38,073 nt of DNA, taken from Octopus bimaculoides (Eukaryota). Below the pieces are notes generated by a model that saw only the letters and a program-made list of their open reading frames with translations, made no database searches and was not told where the DNA came from. This document shows, one piece after another, positions 1 through 9,767 of this stretch. The stretch covers positions 157,341,713 through 157,379,785 of the forward strand of contig NC_068981.1 in assembly GCF_001194135.2 (NCBI RefSeq). The letters run 5' to 3'. The translations under genes were made by a program, and so were the position numbers. The stretch's first letter is position 1. Each line of letters starts with the position of its first letter.

Positions 1-10
1 CTCTCCATCT

Positions 11-225
11 TACTTCATATATATATATATATATATGTGTATGTGTTTGTATGTGTGTGTGTATACATATATGTGAGTGTGTATATATATATATATATAT
101 ATATATGCACATATATACATATATACATGTATATAAATACATATATATACACTCACACACATATATATACATACAAACACACACACACACACATATACAC
201 AAACACACACACATACACACATAGC
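11..225. repeat. Compound (AT)n/(GT)n/(AC)n microsatellite
   Basis: Dinucleotide runs are directly visible. They explain ORFs 10..222 and 37..282. Confidence 0.95.
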
Positions 226-704
226 ATATGTATTTCTATGTTTTCTTTATGTGGTATGTTTGAGGTCCATTCTTCCAGTTAGTTTAATTCAAATTTACAT
301 AAATTCAGAACACTGTCCTTGTGAACTCTCCTTGTGCACTTAAATACCTTGTTTAGATGAACTAAAACTGCACTGTACAGGTTTCCATGTATCTATGTAA
401 CAAACAAACAAATACACACACACAGGTGACCCAAAACAAACTGTTATGTAGTAAATGACATTAGATACATGCACACATACATGTAAAGATAAAGTACTAT
501 AGTGAATACAATCATGAAATTTCAAATGTTGTGCAGAGAACATTCAATGAATTATCATGTGATAAAGAAATGCAAAATTGGACATTGATAAACTATATTT
601 ATCATGTTACTGGAAGCCCATCTATCACATGATATATGCATAGATATTTTAATCTATATTTTGCGACATTTTGCTTGGAAGAAAACAACAATAATGTTGA
701 CTTT

Positions 705-930
705 TGTTGTTGTTTTTGCTGTTTATCCTGAGGCTAACCCCAGTAGATGAGGTTTATGATCAAAAACATTCAACCCTTCATCATCTAGTCATTTTTCATT
801 TGTGCAGGGAACTCAGCACCTCATTACCCAATGTAACCCAATGTATATTTTTTACTAAGACAGTAAGAGTTATATGAGGGAATTTGGTTGCTATTTTTAG
901 AAGGCCAAATGACCAAGCAGAGAGGGTATG
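705..930 (-). mobile_element. Dispersed ~220-bp repeat with a (GTT)n end, probably a minus-oriented retroposon with an (AAC)n tail
   Basis: Shares the blocks 'tatgatcaa..cattc' and 'ggNtgctatttNtagNaggtc' with copies at ~6935-7140, ~7150-7350, ~16775-16860, ~21545-21625 and ~31440-31625, and an opposite-strand piece at ~34860-34945. Confidence 0.7.
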
Positions 931-1912
931 GATGACCTGCTTTAAGAAGCTGGCTGTATGAAATATGCCTCATTACCAGGCAGGTCACACAACTTTAAAA
1001 AATTGAAGGTAAATTTTCATTAGGCATGCCATTCAGAAAGTTGCAGTTCACTCATGACTGACATAGAAGTTTCTTCATTGGTCTGTTAATTTATAACAAA
1101 ATGTCAGCAGATAGACAGGAAGTTGTTAACATTGTTCTTCCTGTATGTCTGTTGGCTGGGAGCAGGACAGCATCAACTGTTATACGATGAATGGTGAGGC
1201 AAGGCATAATTTTAAATAGGCAAATTCTTGCAAGCACAATAAAAGGTCACAATCTATTGTATAGTAATAGAGCTCTCAGTTGTTTTTTAATCCCAGTTCA
1301 AACCTGACAGAGAAGACTGTATGTATGTATGTATATATATATATTAACTGAATGATTACTCAATACATTATGTAGAGTACATATTTATTATGCTTTTACA
1401 AAAAAGTTGTAACAATGACTTCTAGATTTTGACCTGATAGCCTTTATTGGACTGTCCAATGAAGGCTACCAGGCTGAAAATTCGAAGTCAATGTTGCCAC
1501 ACTTCTTGTAAAAGTATAATATATATATGTTATGATACATGATATAATGATTTTTTTTTGTTAAAATTCCTGTGACGAGGATTAACTATGCATTCCTTAC
1601 CCCCATATAGTTTGTGAATTTAGAGGGTTTAGATTTGTAATACTATCCCTTTATTCCTCATTGTAGATGGGCAGATTTGCTACCTTACTATAATGGGTGT
1701 TATGTCTGTCCAGCTGTCTATCTGTCTATCTCTTTGTTTGTTCCCTCTTCATGGCCAGACGGCTGGATCAATGGTTATGATACTTTTGAGGATTACAAAG
1801 ACGGTCGTCAGAAAGGTTTTTAGCATAAAAAAATCAGAAAGTATGATTATTTCGTGGATATCCATTTTTGAATTGACAAACCACCTTCACATTCTTATTA
1901 AAAATTCACCGA

Positions 1913-1974
1913 CCACAAGTAACTCTGGATTTTCATTGTATAACTATACAATGAAAATCCAGAGTTACTTGTGG
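1913..1974. other. Perfect inverted repeat / hairpin (30-bp arms, 2-nt loop)
   Basis: CCACAAGTAACTCTGGATTTTCATTGTATA (1913-1942), then AC, then its exact reverse complement (1945-1974). Confidence 0.95.
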
Positions 1975-2220
1975 CCCCATCATAGATACAAAATGGGTAC
2001 GAAGACGGTTAATAACGAAAATAAAATGGAAAATGTGTTTGTCAGTATATATAGTGTGAGTGATTATTTAGTGGTTATTGAAGAGTGTCAGTCTTGAGCA
2101 GGATTCGAAACAGCTAATCAAAGCAGCTGTTGTTTACATTACAGTTTTGTCAATCAAAATAACCCATGGTACCTGAACATCAAGACATTATTCACATAGA
2201 ACAGTGAGTCTAAAGATTCC

Positions 2221-2403
2221 ACTTGTGCATTCACAGCAAACAAGGCACAGGGCCAGACTTTAGATCGTGTATGTGTATTTTTAACCACTCCGATGTTTAC
2301 ACATGGCCAGTTACACGTTGCTATGAGTAGAGCCACGGACTCCAGTAATTTGAAAACAAGTGTCGAACAAACAGAAAATATTGTCTACAAATAAGTTTTG
2401 TAA
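2221..2403 (+). pseudogene. Helitron RepHel (PIF1-like helicase) C-terminal remnant
   Basis: The frame from 2221 reads TCAFTANKAQGQTLDRVCVFLTTPMFTHGQLHVAMSRATDSSNLKTSVEQTENIVYK*VL*. This matches the PIF1/Helitron motifs AMTINKSQGQTL, FSHGQLYVALSR and NVVYKEVL, with a premature stop at the E of KEVL. Confidence 0.9.
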
Positions 2404-2820
2404 TCATATTGATATTATTGAAAGGAATATGATTCATAATTTAAATAAGGAAATTTGTGAACTTTGAATGTATAAGAGTATAAGCAAGTGTAAAAAAGTT
2501 TATATAGCTAAAATAAAAGTATATCTAAATAACATTTTTTTCTTAATACTTCTCATGTGGTGGTCAAAGGAAGCTCTGACTTTCATTAGAAGTGGTCCAC
2601 ATAACCATTCATGATACAGAGGCTGGGAGCCTATTTCAGTTCATGAGTGAATCATCATCTCATGTCACTTAGTTGCAAACACATGTCATATAGCTGCAAT
2701 AGAATGCTGTATCACCAACAATAATGTGATTTCTCTAAGACATCACCCAGTAATCTATCAAGTCCATTTACACATATCTCAATACATACTGCTGTTATGA
2801 CTTTGCTCCCTCATTTTATG

Positions 2821-2850
2821 CGTCCGTCATAGATGGGTAGATTTGCTAGT
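2821..2850 (+). mobile_element. Probable Helitron 3' terminus (short hairpin followed by CTAG|T)
   Basis: TCCGTC-ATA-GATGGG hairpin (G.T wobbles) followed within ~10 nt by CTAG (2846-2849) and T, downstream of the helicase remnant on the same strand. A more degenerate look-alike lies at ~1665-1685. Confidence 0.55.
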
Positions 2851-2870
2851 GTAATATAATATAATATAAT

Positions 2871-2991
2871 ATATTCTGGGTTCAGTCCCACTGTGTGGCA
2901 CCTTGGGCAAATGTCTTTTTCTATAGCCTTGGGCTGTCCAAAGCCTTGTGAGTGGATTTGGTAGATAGAAACTGAAAGAAGCCCATTGTAA

Positions 2992-3034
<43 letters not shown>

Positions 3035-3250
3035 TGTCCCTCATCACTGCTTGGCAACCAGTGTTAATGTGTTAATGTGTTTATGACCCTGTAACTTAGC
3101 AGTTTGGAGGAAGAGATCAATAGAATAAGTACCAGGCTTAGAAGAAAAATTAAGTACTGAGGTTGATTCATTCAACTAAAAATCCTTCAAGGTGGTGCCC
3201 CATCATGGCTGTTACCTAATAACACAGGCAAGTAAAAGACAAAAGATAAT
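2871..3250 (+). mobile_element. SINE family A copy, 5'-truncated, with internal (GT)n
   Basis: 'gttcagtcccactgtgtggcaccttgggcaa...gccttgtgagtggatttggtaga...actgaaagaagccc', then (GT)n, then 'gtaacttagc...gaataagtacc...ggtggtgcccc...catggc...aaaagacaaaaga'. Homologous to 17970-18930 and 36119-36330. Confidence 0.85.
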
Positions 3251-3574
3251 GAATAAATATATATATATATATATAATTTGCCGTGACATTAAAAATGGTT
3301 ATTGAGCACATGGACGAAGTGGGCATGGTTTTGGCCCTGGGTCAGTATTACTCACTGGTGAGAACAAAGTGGTCATTCACAAAGTTTGAAAGCACTGTGA
3401 TATGGGTATGTCTAATTTTCATTTTCAATTCTTTTTGTCTATGGTACAGGGTCTTAAAATTTTACTGCTTGTTCCCTCGATTTCGCCCTTGTGTACAAGT
3501 GAAAACTGTGGGTTTGAGTCGTTTTGACTGCTATTTTTAGCATGCTAGTGCTGCAAGTAGTACCCTTCATTATT

Positions 3575-3604
3575 AATTAATATATATATATATATATATA
3601 TATA

Positions 3605-3641
<37 letters not shown>
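3575..3641. repeat. (TA)n + (TTA)n microsatellite at the 3' end of the Penelope-like element
   Basis: Directly visible. Confidence 0.9.
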
Positions 3642-3642
<1 letters not shown>

Positions 3643-5270
3643 GATTTGGCTCTGAGTGACTCAAAGCTTCACAGGCTTCTTACAAAAACCTAGCTCATTC
3701 AAGTTTAGATTACTGAATGAAGAAGTACACAAAGTCCAAGATGGCTACTGGAAAATGGGCTGCTATTGGTCAAGATGGGTTACATAGTGTTAGTAGAAGT
3801 GAGTTCAGCATTTCAGCAACATCAGATACATTAGAATGAATTTCTTGGACTATGTGGCTGGACAGGAAGCTGGTGGTGCCCTTGTGTCTGGTGGGCCTTC
3901 GAAGGGAATTGGAAGCTGCCAGAAGCAAAGCCGATGTATGTGTGTGTGTGTGTGTACCAGATGTACAAGTGCATGGATGTGGGTGTGTTATTGGGTGTAT
4001 GAGTGTGTGTGCATACAAATATGTGTGTGTTAGTGCCTGCTGTATATGCATACAAGTGTGAATGTGTTTAGGATGCATGTATGGGTATATGTGCATAAGT
4101 ATGTACATACTTGTATTATACCTTGTGTATAAATGTATGAGTGTGTGCATGTTTGTCTGGAAGAACATGTATGCATGTGCTTTTGTCGAGTGTGTATGTT
4201 TGTGTGCATATATATACATGCCTTTGTATGTATACTGCATGATAGATTTATGCTAGTGTAATTGCAACAGCATTACTGGGTAAGGGGGGGGATAGGTGTT
4301 GGTATTTGGTGGTGAGAGGTGGAAGGGAAGAGAGGAGAAGTATATATACATAGACGTGTGTATGTGTGTGTGTTTGTGTTTGCATGCACATACTTCATTT
4401 ATGATGGTGAATGTAGGGGTTACATGAGATGCATAAGGTTGTGAAGTTGGCCTGTGGTTTGCATAGGTATATATGGTTAGGAACCCTGTTTTTGGTAGTG
4501 GGGCAGCCAGTGTTGAGGCACAGCCAATGTTAAGGTGGTATATCTGGGTTGTTGGCAGCCAGTGGTTTGAAGTTCACCAGGAGGGTGTACCTCTGAGGGC
4601 AACAATAAGATAGTTCATATTTCCTGTTGATTGTTACTACAGGTTGGTGGAGAGTGTGCAGTCTTTCATGGAAGCAGAGATGGCAATTTCAGGTGGTAGC
4701 TGAGCAGGCTGGGGCTCTGTCAATGGTTGCCCATTTGATGATGGGTGGGTGGGGGTTTCATTCTGGGGGTCATTAGTATCTCTAAAGGAAACAAGACAAA
4801 GAGGTGGAATTCTCTCTATTCCTGCATCTAAACAAGTGCAAATGCTGTGTGTACCTTCCCTTGAAGTTATTGGTCATCATACCTGTGTATTATCTTGTGA
4901 TGCCATTGGATGGTGTGAGGGTAGCTCTATAGACAATGGCCCTTGAAAAGCAGGATCCTCTTAGAGAGCAGCTGGTAGGGTTTTGGAAGTTACAGATTTG
5001 GGTTGGATGTTGTGCAGGTGCATGTTTGTGTCTGTTGTAGCATGCAATATTAGAAGCAACATTATCTTGGCAGGAGTAGCTCACCTTCATGTTATGTAGT
5101 TTGAAGAATTTATATTACTTGTGGCCCTTGGAGAAATGCTTCTTAATCAGTGACAGGAAACTCTTAGCTACATTGTTGATAACTTTTGGGTTAGATGGAG
5201 GGTTGAACCAGATTATCTTTCTCTTTCTGATCCTATGCGAGTGTTGGGGTAGGCATTAAGGGTTCTCCAT
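3641..5270 (-). mobile_element. Penelope-like retroelement (PLE), 5'-truncated: linker, GIY-YIG endonuclease and long 3' region
   Basis: One minus frame (~5240 to 4530, stops but no frameshift) reads RKRKIIWFNPP..VAKSFLSLIKKHF..HNMKVSYSC..ICNFQNPTSCSLRGSC..AIVYRAT..*YTGMMTNNFKGRYTQH..NSTSLS..PIIKWATIDRA..NCHLCFHER..INRKYELSYCC. These are the typical PLE C-terminal GIY-YIG features. The left boundary is inferred from the (ATA)n tail. Confidence 0.85.
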
Positions 5271-5762
5271 TAGCATATATCAAAATATTTTTACTTTTTG
5301 TTTGATGTGCTCAAGTCTTTTGTTGGCAACTTACTTTATTCATGTATGCTACCTACACTGCATATTTACTCATACCATATATTTTATAGTCATTTTTCTC
5401 TGTTGGCATCAAAGATTTTGTCTCTCTCAGAATAAAGGACAGATAATATGACGTTTGTTTACAAAGCATGACTTTCCATGGTAGTGAAAATGTGCATAGA
5501 ATACAGAGGATATGCAAAAGCTGGACAAAAATGAGGTGAGCATAGTCTGTCATGAATTCTTTTGCTCACAATAAAAGCTGTCCCTTTTATTGTATTTGTA
5601 AAAACTTGCTTAATTAAAATGATATATTCCTTATCCTTCATTATATAACAGCTGAAGTTGTCTTTGTTCACTTTCAGCAATTATCTTTGGGCTTCTCCAG
5701 TCTTGTGTCATGTGCTTCCAATGTTATTGAGTAAAGAATTCTGTCAATATTAACCCCACCTC

Positions 5763-5985
5763 AGGCAGCAAGCTGGCAAAATTATTACTGCACTAGAAAA
5801 CATGGTTAGTGACATTTATTTCAGCTCTTTACGTTCTGAGTTCAAGTACCATCTAGGTCAACTTTGCCTTTCGTCTTTTAGGGATTGATAAAATAAGGAC
5901 CAGTTGAGCACTGGGATCAATGATAATTTTGTTTCCTGCTCCCTTCAAAATTGCTGGGTTTGTGCCAAAATTAGAAAGAATATTA
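5763..5985 (+). mobile_element. SINE family B copy (tRNA-derived head), diverged
   Basis: 'aggcagcaagctggca...cgttctgagttcaa...gtcaactttgcctttc...gataaaataaggaccagttgagcactggg...gtgccaaaatt'. Homologous to the copies at 17570, 25281 and 28699. Confidence 0.85.
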
Positions 5986-6147
5986 ATTGAAGCTATCAAC
6001 AGCTTTTTGTCAATTTATAATTCCATTTTATGTGCTGGTTAATGGCTTCTAACAACAGTTTTTCTCTTTTACAGCTATATGATTAAGAAAAAACAGAAGC
6101 AAGGGAGATAATTAAGTTCCTAACTGTTAAAGCAATTTCTCTTTCAG

Positions 6148-6291
6148 AGAAGAACCATTTCAAAATCTTGTCATCTTTTCAGTTGACTACAGAGACAAAA
6201 AGAAAAATAATCTTGTTCTAAATTTTGCTGTTGAATCCATTGCATCTATTTTAAAACAGTATGAGATGAAACATGCACAAACATCTTCATG
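6148..6291 (+). CDS. Candidate internal coding exon of an unidentified plus-strand gene
   Basis: Acceptor 'atttctctttcag|A', 144 bp, phase 2-2. Open frame EEPFQNLVIFSVDYRDKKKNNLVLNFAVESIASILKQYEMKHAQTSS. Donor 'ATG|gtaaac'. I recognise no homolog. Confidence 0.25.
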
Positions 6292-6439
6292 GTAAACAGA
6301 TTTTTAGTGGTATTATGAAAAGGCTTTAGATAAATTCATTGCATTTTTCATATTATAGATATCCTGAGTTTTGTGCTTTATGTAGCTTGCTGAGAAAGCT
6401 TGATATCAACACTTATAACGTCAAATGTTTGTTTATCAG

Positions 6440-6563
6440 GTATAAAAGAGTTACAGAGGCCTTCTTGATAGTCGAAGAACCTAAAATGTCATTGATTTGT
6501 ATTCCATTACTGGGAGTGTGTTGTAGCCATGGATATTCTCACATGCTTTATTCACTTACCTGA
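6440..6563 (+). CDS. Candidate terminal exon, phase-compatible with 6148-6291
   Basis: Acceptor 'tgtttgtttatcag|G'. Joining gives ...SS-W-YKRVTEAFLIVEEPKMSLICIPLLGVCCSHGYSHMLYSLT*. Supported only by splice signals and the open frame. Confidence 0.2.
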
Positions 6564-6934
6564 AAATGCCAGTAATAGCAGAAAGAGTAATCTTGATCCA
6601 TATTTATATTTGCATATATCTCTGACTTTCAGATGCAACAGCTGAGAATGGAAATGACTTAGAATCCCTGAATCTTAATGCTTAGTGTTTAATGTTTTTA
6701 AAATACTCTATGAAACTCTAATTAATCTTAATAGTCACTGCATATAAACAATGCTAGAATCACAAAGTTCTAATGTTATTGTGTTTATACATCTGTTGTG
6801 CCAAGTGCTGGTTGTTAAGTTGCTTTAAGCCTTGGCTGTTGCATTACTTCTGCTTTGTACTGGAGGACAAGATAGTGCAAAGCACCTGAATTTAGTAAGA
6901 TTTCTGTAATAAGTATTGATAACTGTTGTTATTG

Positions 6935-7350
6935 TTGCTTAACTCTAAGGTCAAACCTGATGGGACAGATTTATGATCAAGGACATTCCAATCATGACCA
7001 TCTTTCTTTTTTTTTTTTGCAGTTAATATATCTAAGACTATGTTATCCAAAGTGCTTTCTTCTTTGTAAACAGTAAGGTGAAATTTGAGAGTGATTTAAC
7101 AGATATTTCTAGTAGGTCAAGCAACCATAAATAAGACTCCTCATTGGTCCATATTGCTGAATGTTGTTCTTGTTGTTTAACCCGTGTCATCGTTGATTGA
7201 ACTGGTTTATGATCAAAGCCGTTCAGCCATGATCCTTCTGTTCATTTTTAGACAACTTTATATAATGTACTCTTTCTGTTTTAAAATATTAGTGTGATTT
7301 GAGAGATATTTTGGTTGCTATTTCTAGCTGGTCCAGTGATCATGGGAACA
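6935..7350 (-). mobile_element. Two adjacent diverged copies of the (GTT)n-ended repeat family
   Basis: Each has 'ttNatgatcaa' followed by 'gtgaNNtgagag...ctatttctagNNggtc', as at 705-930. Confidence 0.7.
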
Positions 7351-7610
7351 TTTCAAGTTCTTTTGAGAGAGGTTGCATCATTGACAGTTTTATCAACTAC
7401 TAGTTTTAAATTCATGTCCCCTTCATGGCCAGGATAATGTACAGTTAGCTGTCATCCACTCATGAGTACGGATTGGTAAAATACCACGCTTTTGCTAATT
7501 CTTTCAGGTTCCTGTGAAGTTGCAAGCAAACATATGTAATCTCTTGGTCCTCCTCACATTTGATTCAGTAGCACATCTGTGAAGTGATAACTACAGGGAG
7601 AGAGAGAGAG

Positions 7611-7760
7611 CTGCATCAGCATACAACTGGTATTCATTTGAATATACTGGAGCAAATGAAATAACATACCTTGCCCAAGGATACAATACACTGCTCATTC
7701 CAAGAACTGAATGCAGTTTGTGACCATAAGCTGAATACCTTGAGTACTACTCTATACGCC
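7611..7760 (-). mobile_element. Degenerate CORE-like SINE remnant
   Basis: The minus strand reads 'gtatccttgggcaaggtatgttatttcatttgctccagt', similar to the 30420-30625 copy. Confidence 0.5.
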
Positions 7761-7861
7761 TTCAATGCCTAGATAATGGCAACAAGAAACCACTTAAGTG
7801 TATTGTCTTTGTATTACTTAACGAACACAAAGTCTTTAGTGGTAGCCCTATAACATCAATG

Positions 7862-7869
7862 TATGTCTG

Positions 7870-7914
<45 letters not shown>

Positions 7915-7959
7915 TTACATATCATCATCATCATCATCGTTTAACGTCCACTTTCCATG
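7862..7959. repeat. (TCTA)n and (CAT)n microsatellites plus a retroposon 3' tail running into the gap
   Basis: 'catcatcatcgtttaacgtccactttccatg' is the reverse of the tail at ~37380-37420 ('..gaaaagcggacataaaattgatgatgat'). Confidence 0.75.
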
Positions 7960-8664
7960 NNNNNNNNNNNNNNNNNNNNNNNNNNNNNNNNNNNNNNNNN
8001 NNNNNNNNNNNNNNNNNNNNNNNNNNNNNNNNNNNNNNNNNNNNNNNNNNNNNNNNNNNNNNNNNNNNNNNNNNNNNNNNNNNNNNNNNNNNNNNNNNNN
8101 NNNNNNNNNNNNNNNNNNNNNNNNNNNNNNNNNNNNNNNNNNNNNNNNNNNNNNNNNNNNNNNNNNNNNNNNNNNNNNNNNNNNNNNNNNNNNNNNNNNN
8201 NNNNNNNNNNNNNNNNNNNNNNNNNNNNNNNNNNNNNNNNNNNNNNNNNNNNNNNNNNNNNNNNNNNNNNNNNNNNNNNNNNNNNNNNNNNNNNNNNNNN
8301 NNNNNNNNNNNNNNNNNNNNNNNNNNNNNNNNNNNNNNNNNNNNNNNNNNNNNNNNNNNNNNNNNNNNNNNNNNNNNNNNNNNNNNNNNNNNNNNNNNNN
8401 NNNNNNNNNNNNNNNNNNNNNNNNNNNNNNNNNNNNNNNNNNNNNNNNNNNNNNNNNNNNNNNNNNNNNNNNNNNNNNNNNNNNNNNNNNNNNNNNNNNN
8501 NNNNNNNNNNNNNNNNNNNNNNNNNNNNNNNNNNNNNNNNNNNNNNNNNNNNNNNNNNNNNNNNNNNNNNNNNNNNNNNNNNNNNNNNNNNNNNNNNNNN
8601 NNNNNNNNNNNNNNNNNNNNNNNNNNNNNNNNNNNNNNNNNNNNNNNNNNNNNNNNNNNNNNNN
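7960..8664. other. Assembly gap (Ns)
   Basis: Run of N. Confidence 1.
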
Positions 8665-8730
<66 letters not shown>

Positions 8731-8789
8731 ATAATAATAATAATAATAATAATAACAATAATAATAATAATAATATTAATAATAATAAT

Positions 8790-8840
<51 letters not shown>

Positions 8841-8851
8841 TATAACAATAA
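8665..8851. repeat. (CTA)n-(ATA)n microsatellite
   Basis: Directly visible. Confidence 0.95.
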
Positions 8852-9054
8852 TCTCTAACATGCACAAGACCATATATTTGAAGGAAGTTTTTAGTTGATT
8901 ATATCAACCCTATTACTTTGCTGTGAGTCGGTGGCCAGTGGGTGATGATCCATACCCAGTACTATCCTCTCAGCAATATAGCAACACTTAATATAAAAAC
9001 GGATAAGTGGTATAAAGGAATACTAAGCATGGTATGTAACAATGACTGGCTCCA

Positions 9055-9060
9055 TTTATT
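9055..9060 (-). terminator. Candidate polyadenylation signal (AATAAA) for the ninjurin gene
   Basis: AATAAA on the minus strand ~320 nt after the stop. The hexamer is common in AT-rich DNA. Confidence 0.3.
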
Positions 9061-9379
9061 TAGTACATGCTTGTCTTGATGACAAGAGTATGAAGGCAAA
9101 CTGTTACAGTATAACTATCAAAGGTTGGAATGGAAATCTCTGTAATCAGATGGACATCTCAATCCCTTCTGACCAACACATCACAAAAAAAGAGATAAAA
9201 AAGTACACTACTAACTTGGTCACCTAGATAGCAGAAGCTATCAACTAAGTCTAATTTTTCTCCCAATAATAATAATAGAATCAACCAGAACAAACAAGAC
9301 CGAACGCTCTGAGAAGTAAGACAACAACAATAATAATAATAAAATTCATATGACTACAATTTGAATTTTCCTTCAATAT

Positions 9380-9736
9380 TTAATTTTTATTCTGCACGGC
9401 AAATGCTGTTATAAAGATATTGCTTACAGTTATAATCAGTATTAAAATGATTATAGTGTTGTTTAAAATGTTCTGCCTGTTTAATTGTTCTTGCGTACTG
9501 CCTCTGGACACAGCAAGTATCCATAGCATGTGTGCCACAATTACTTGAAGGACAAGTGACACGGAGATGAGAGTGACGAGCAGTATAAAGTAAGAGCTGT
9601 CTTGACCGCTGTCCAGTACTGACTTCAACTGCGACATATTAGACATGAGTAAGGAGATGTCCAACAATCCCTGTGCCATTGTCTTCTTCGTCAAATAGTG
9701 TTTGTAGTCAAAGTGTTTACTTGCTGGAGGCATTTC
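9380..9736 (-). CDS. NINJ: Ninjurin-family membrane protein (NINJ1/NINJ2-like); 117 aa from the ATG at 9733, exon starts at 9736
   Basis: HYLTKKTMAQGLLDISLLMSNMSQLKSV...LISVSLVLQV...LNN...NIFITAFAVQ aligns without gaps to the ninjurin core as I recall it (HYASKKSAAESMLDIALLMANASQLKAV...LISISLVLQI...LNN...NIFITAFGVQ). It has an amphipathic N-terminal helix and two hydrophobic helices. The ORF is intact, with acceptor 'tatctcttctaaag|GAAATG'. Paralog assignment is not possible. Confidence 0.95.
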   Translation of the reverse strand, partial: EMPPASKHFDYKHYLTKKTMAQGLLDISLLMSNMSQLKSVLDSGQDSSYFILLVTLISVSLVLQVIVAHMLWILAVSRGSTQEQLNRQNILNNTIIILILIITVSNIFITAFAVQNKN

Positions 9737-9767
9737 CTTTAGAAGAGATACAAAATATGGTGATCAG
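9737..9767 (-). promoter_or_regulatory. 3' splice site upstream of the ninjurin exon
   Basis: On the minus strand: CTGAT branch-like motif (9767-9763), pyrimidine tract 'ttttgtatctcttct', and AG at 9738-9737. Confidence 0.7.

Noticed and set aside
10-282. ORFs rich in VC/YI/HT repeats (also 2811-3057, 3770-4256, 9986-10605, 12445-12790, 15940-16293, 17053-17280, 19585-20029)
   Set aside because: They are translations of di- and tetranucleotide microsatellites, which lack stops by construction.
1693-2097. 134-aa ORF with a signal-like start
   Set aside because: No recognisable domain. The hydrophobic start comes from (TCTA/TCTG)-like sequence and the ORF runs through the palindrome.
3852-3935. 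Plus-strand exon MWLDRKLVVPLCLVGLRRELEAARSKAD|gtatgt
   Set aside because: The apparent donor is the start of a (TG)n run, and the segment lies within the inferred 3' region of the minus-strand PLE.
4530-5240. Selenocysteine recoding in the PLE ORF
   Set aside because: The in-frame TGAs (for example TT*NCHLC) are not at Cys-equivalent positions, and TAA and TAG stops are also present, so ordinary decay explains them.
5459-5680. GTAFIVSKRI as a LINE endonuclease motif
   Set aside because: It is a single short motif, and I could not recover flanking APE motifs in any frame.
7859-8898. Long ORFs of 195-331 aa (also 18405-18756, 24431-24745, 35478-36187)
   Set aside because: They are open only because they span N-gaps.
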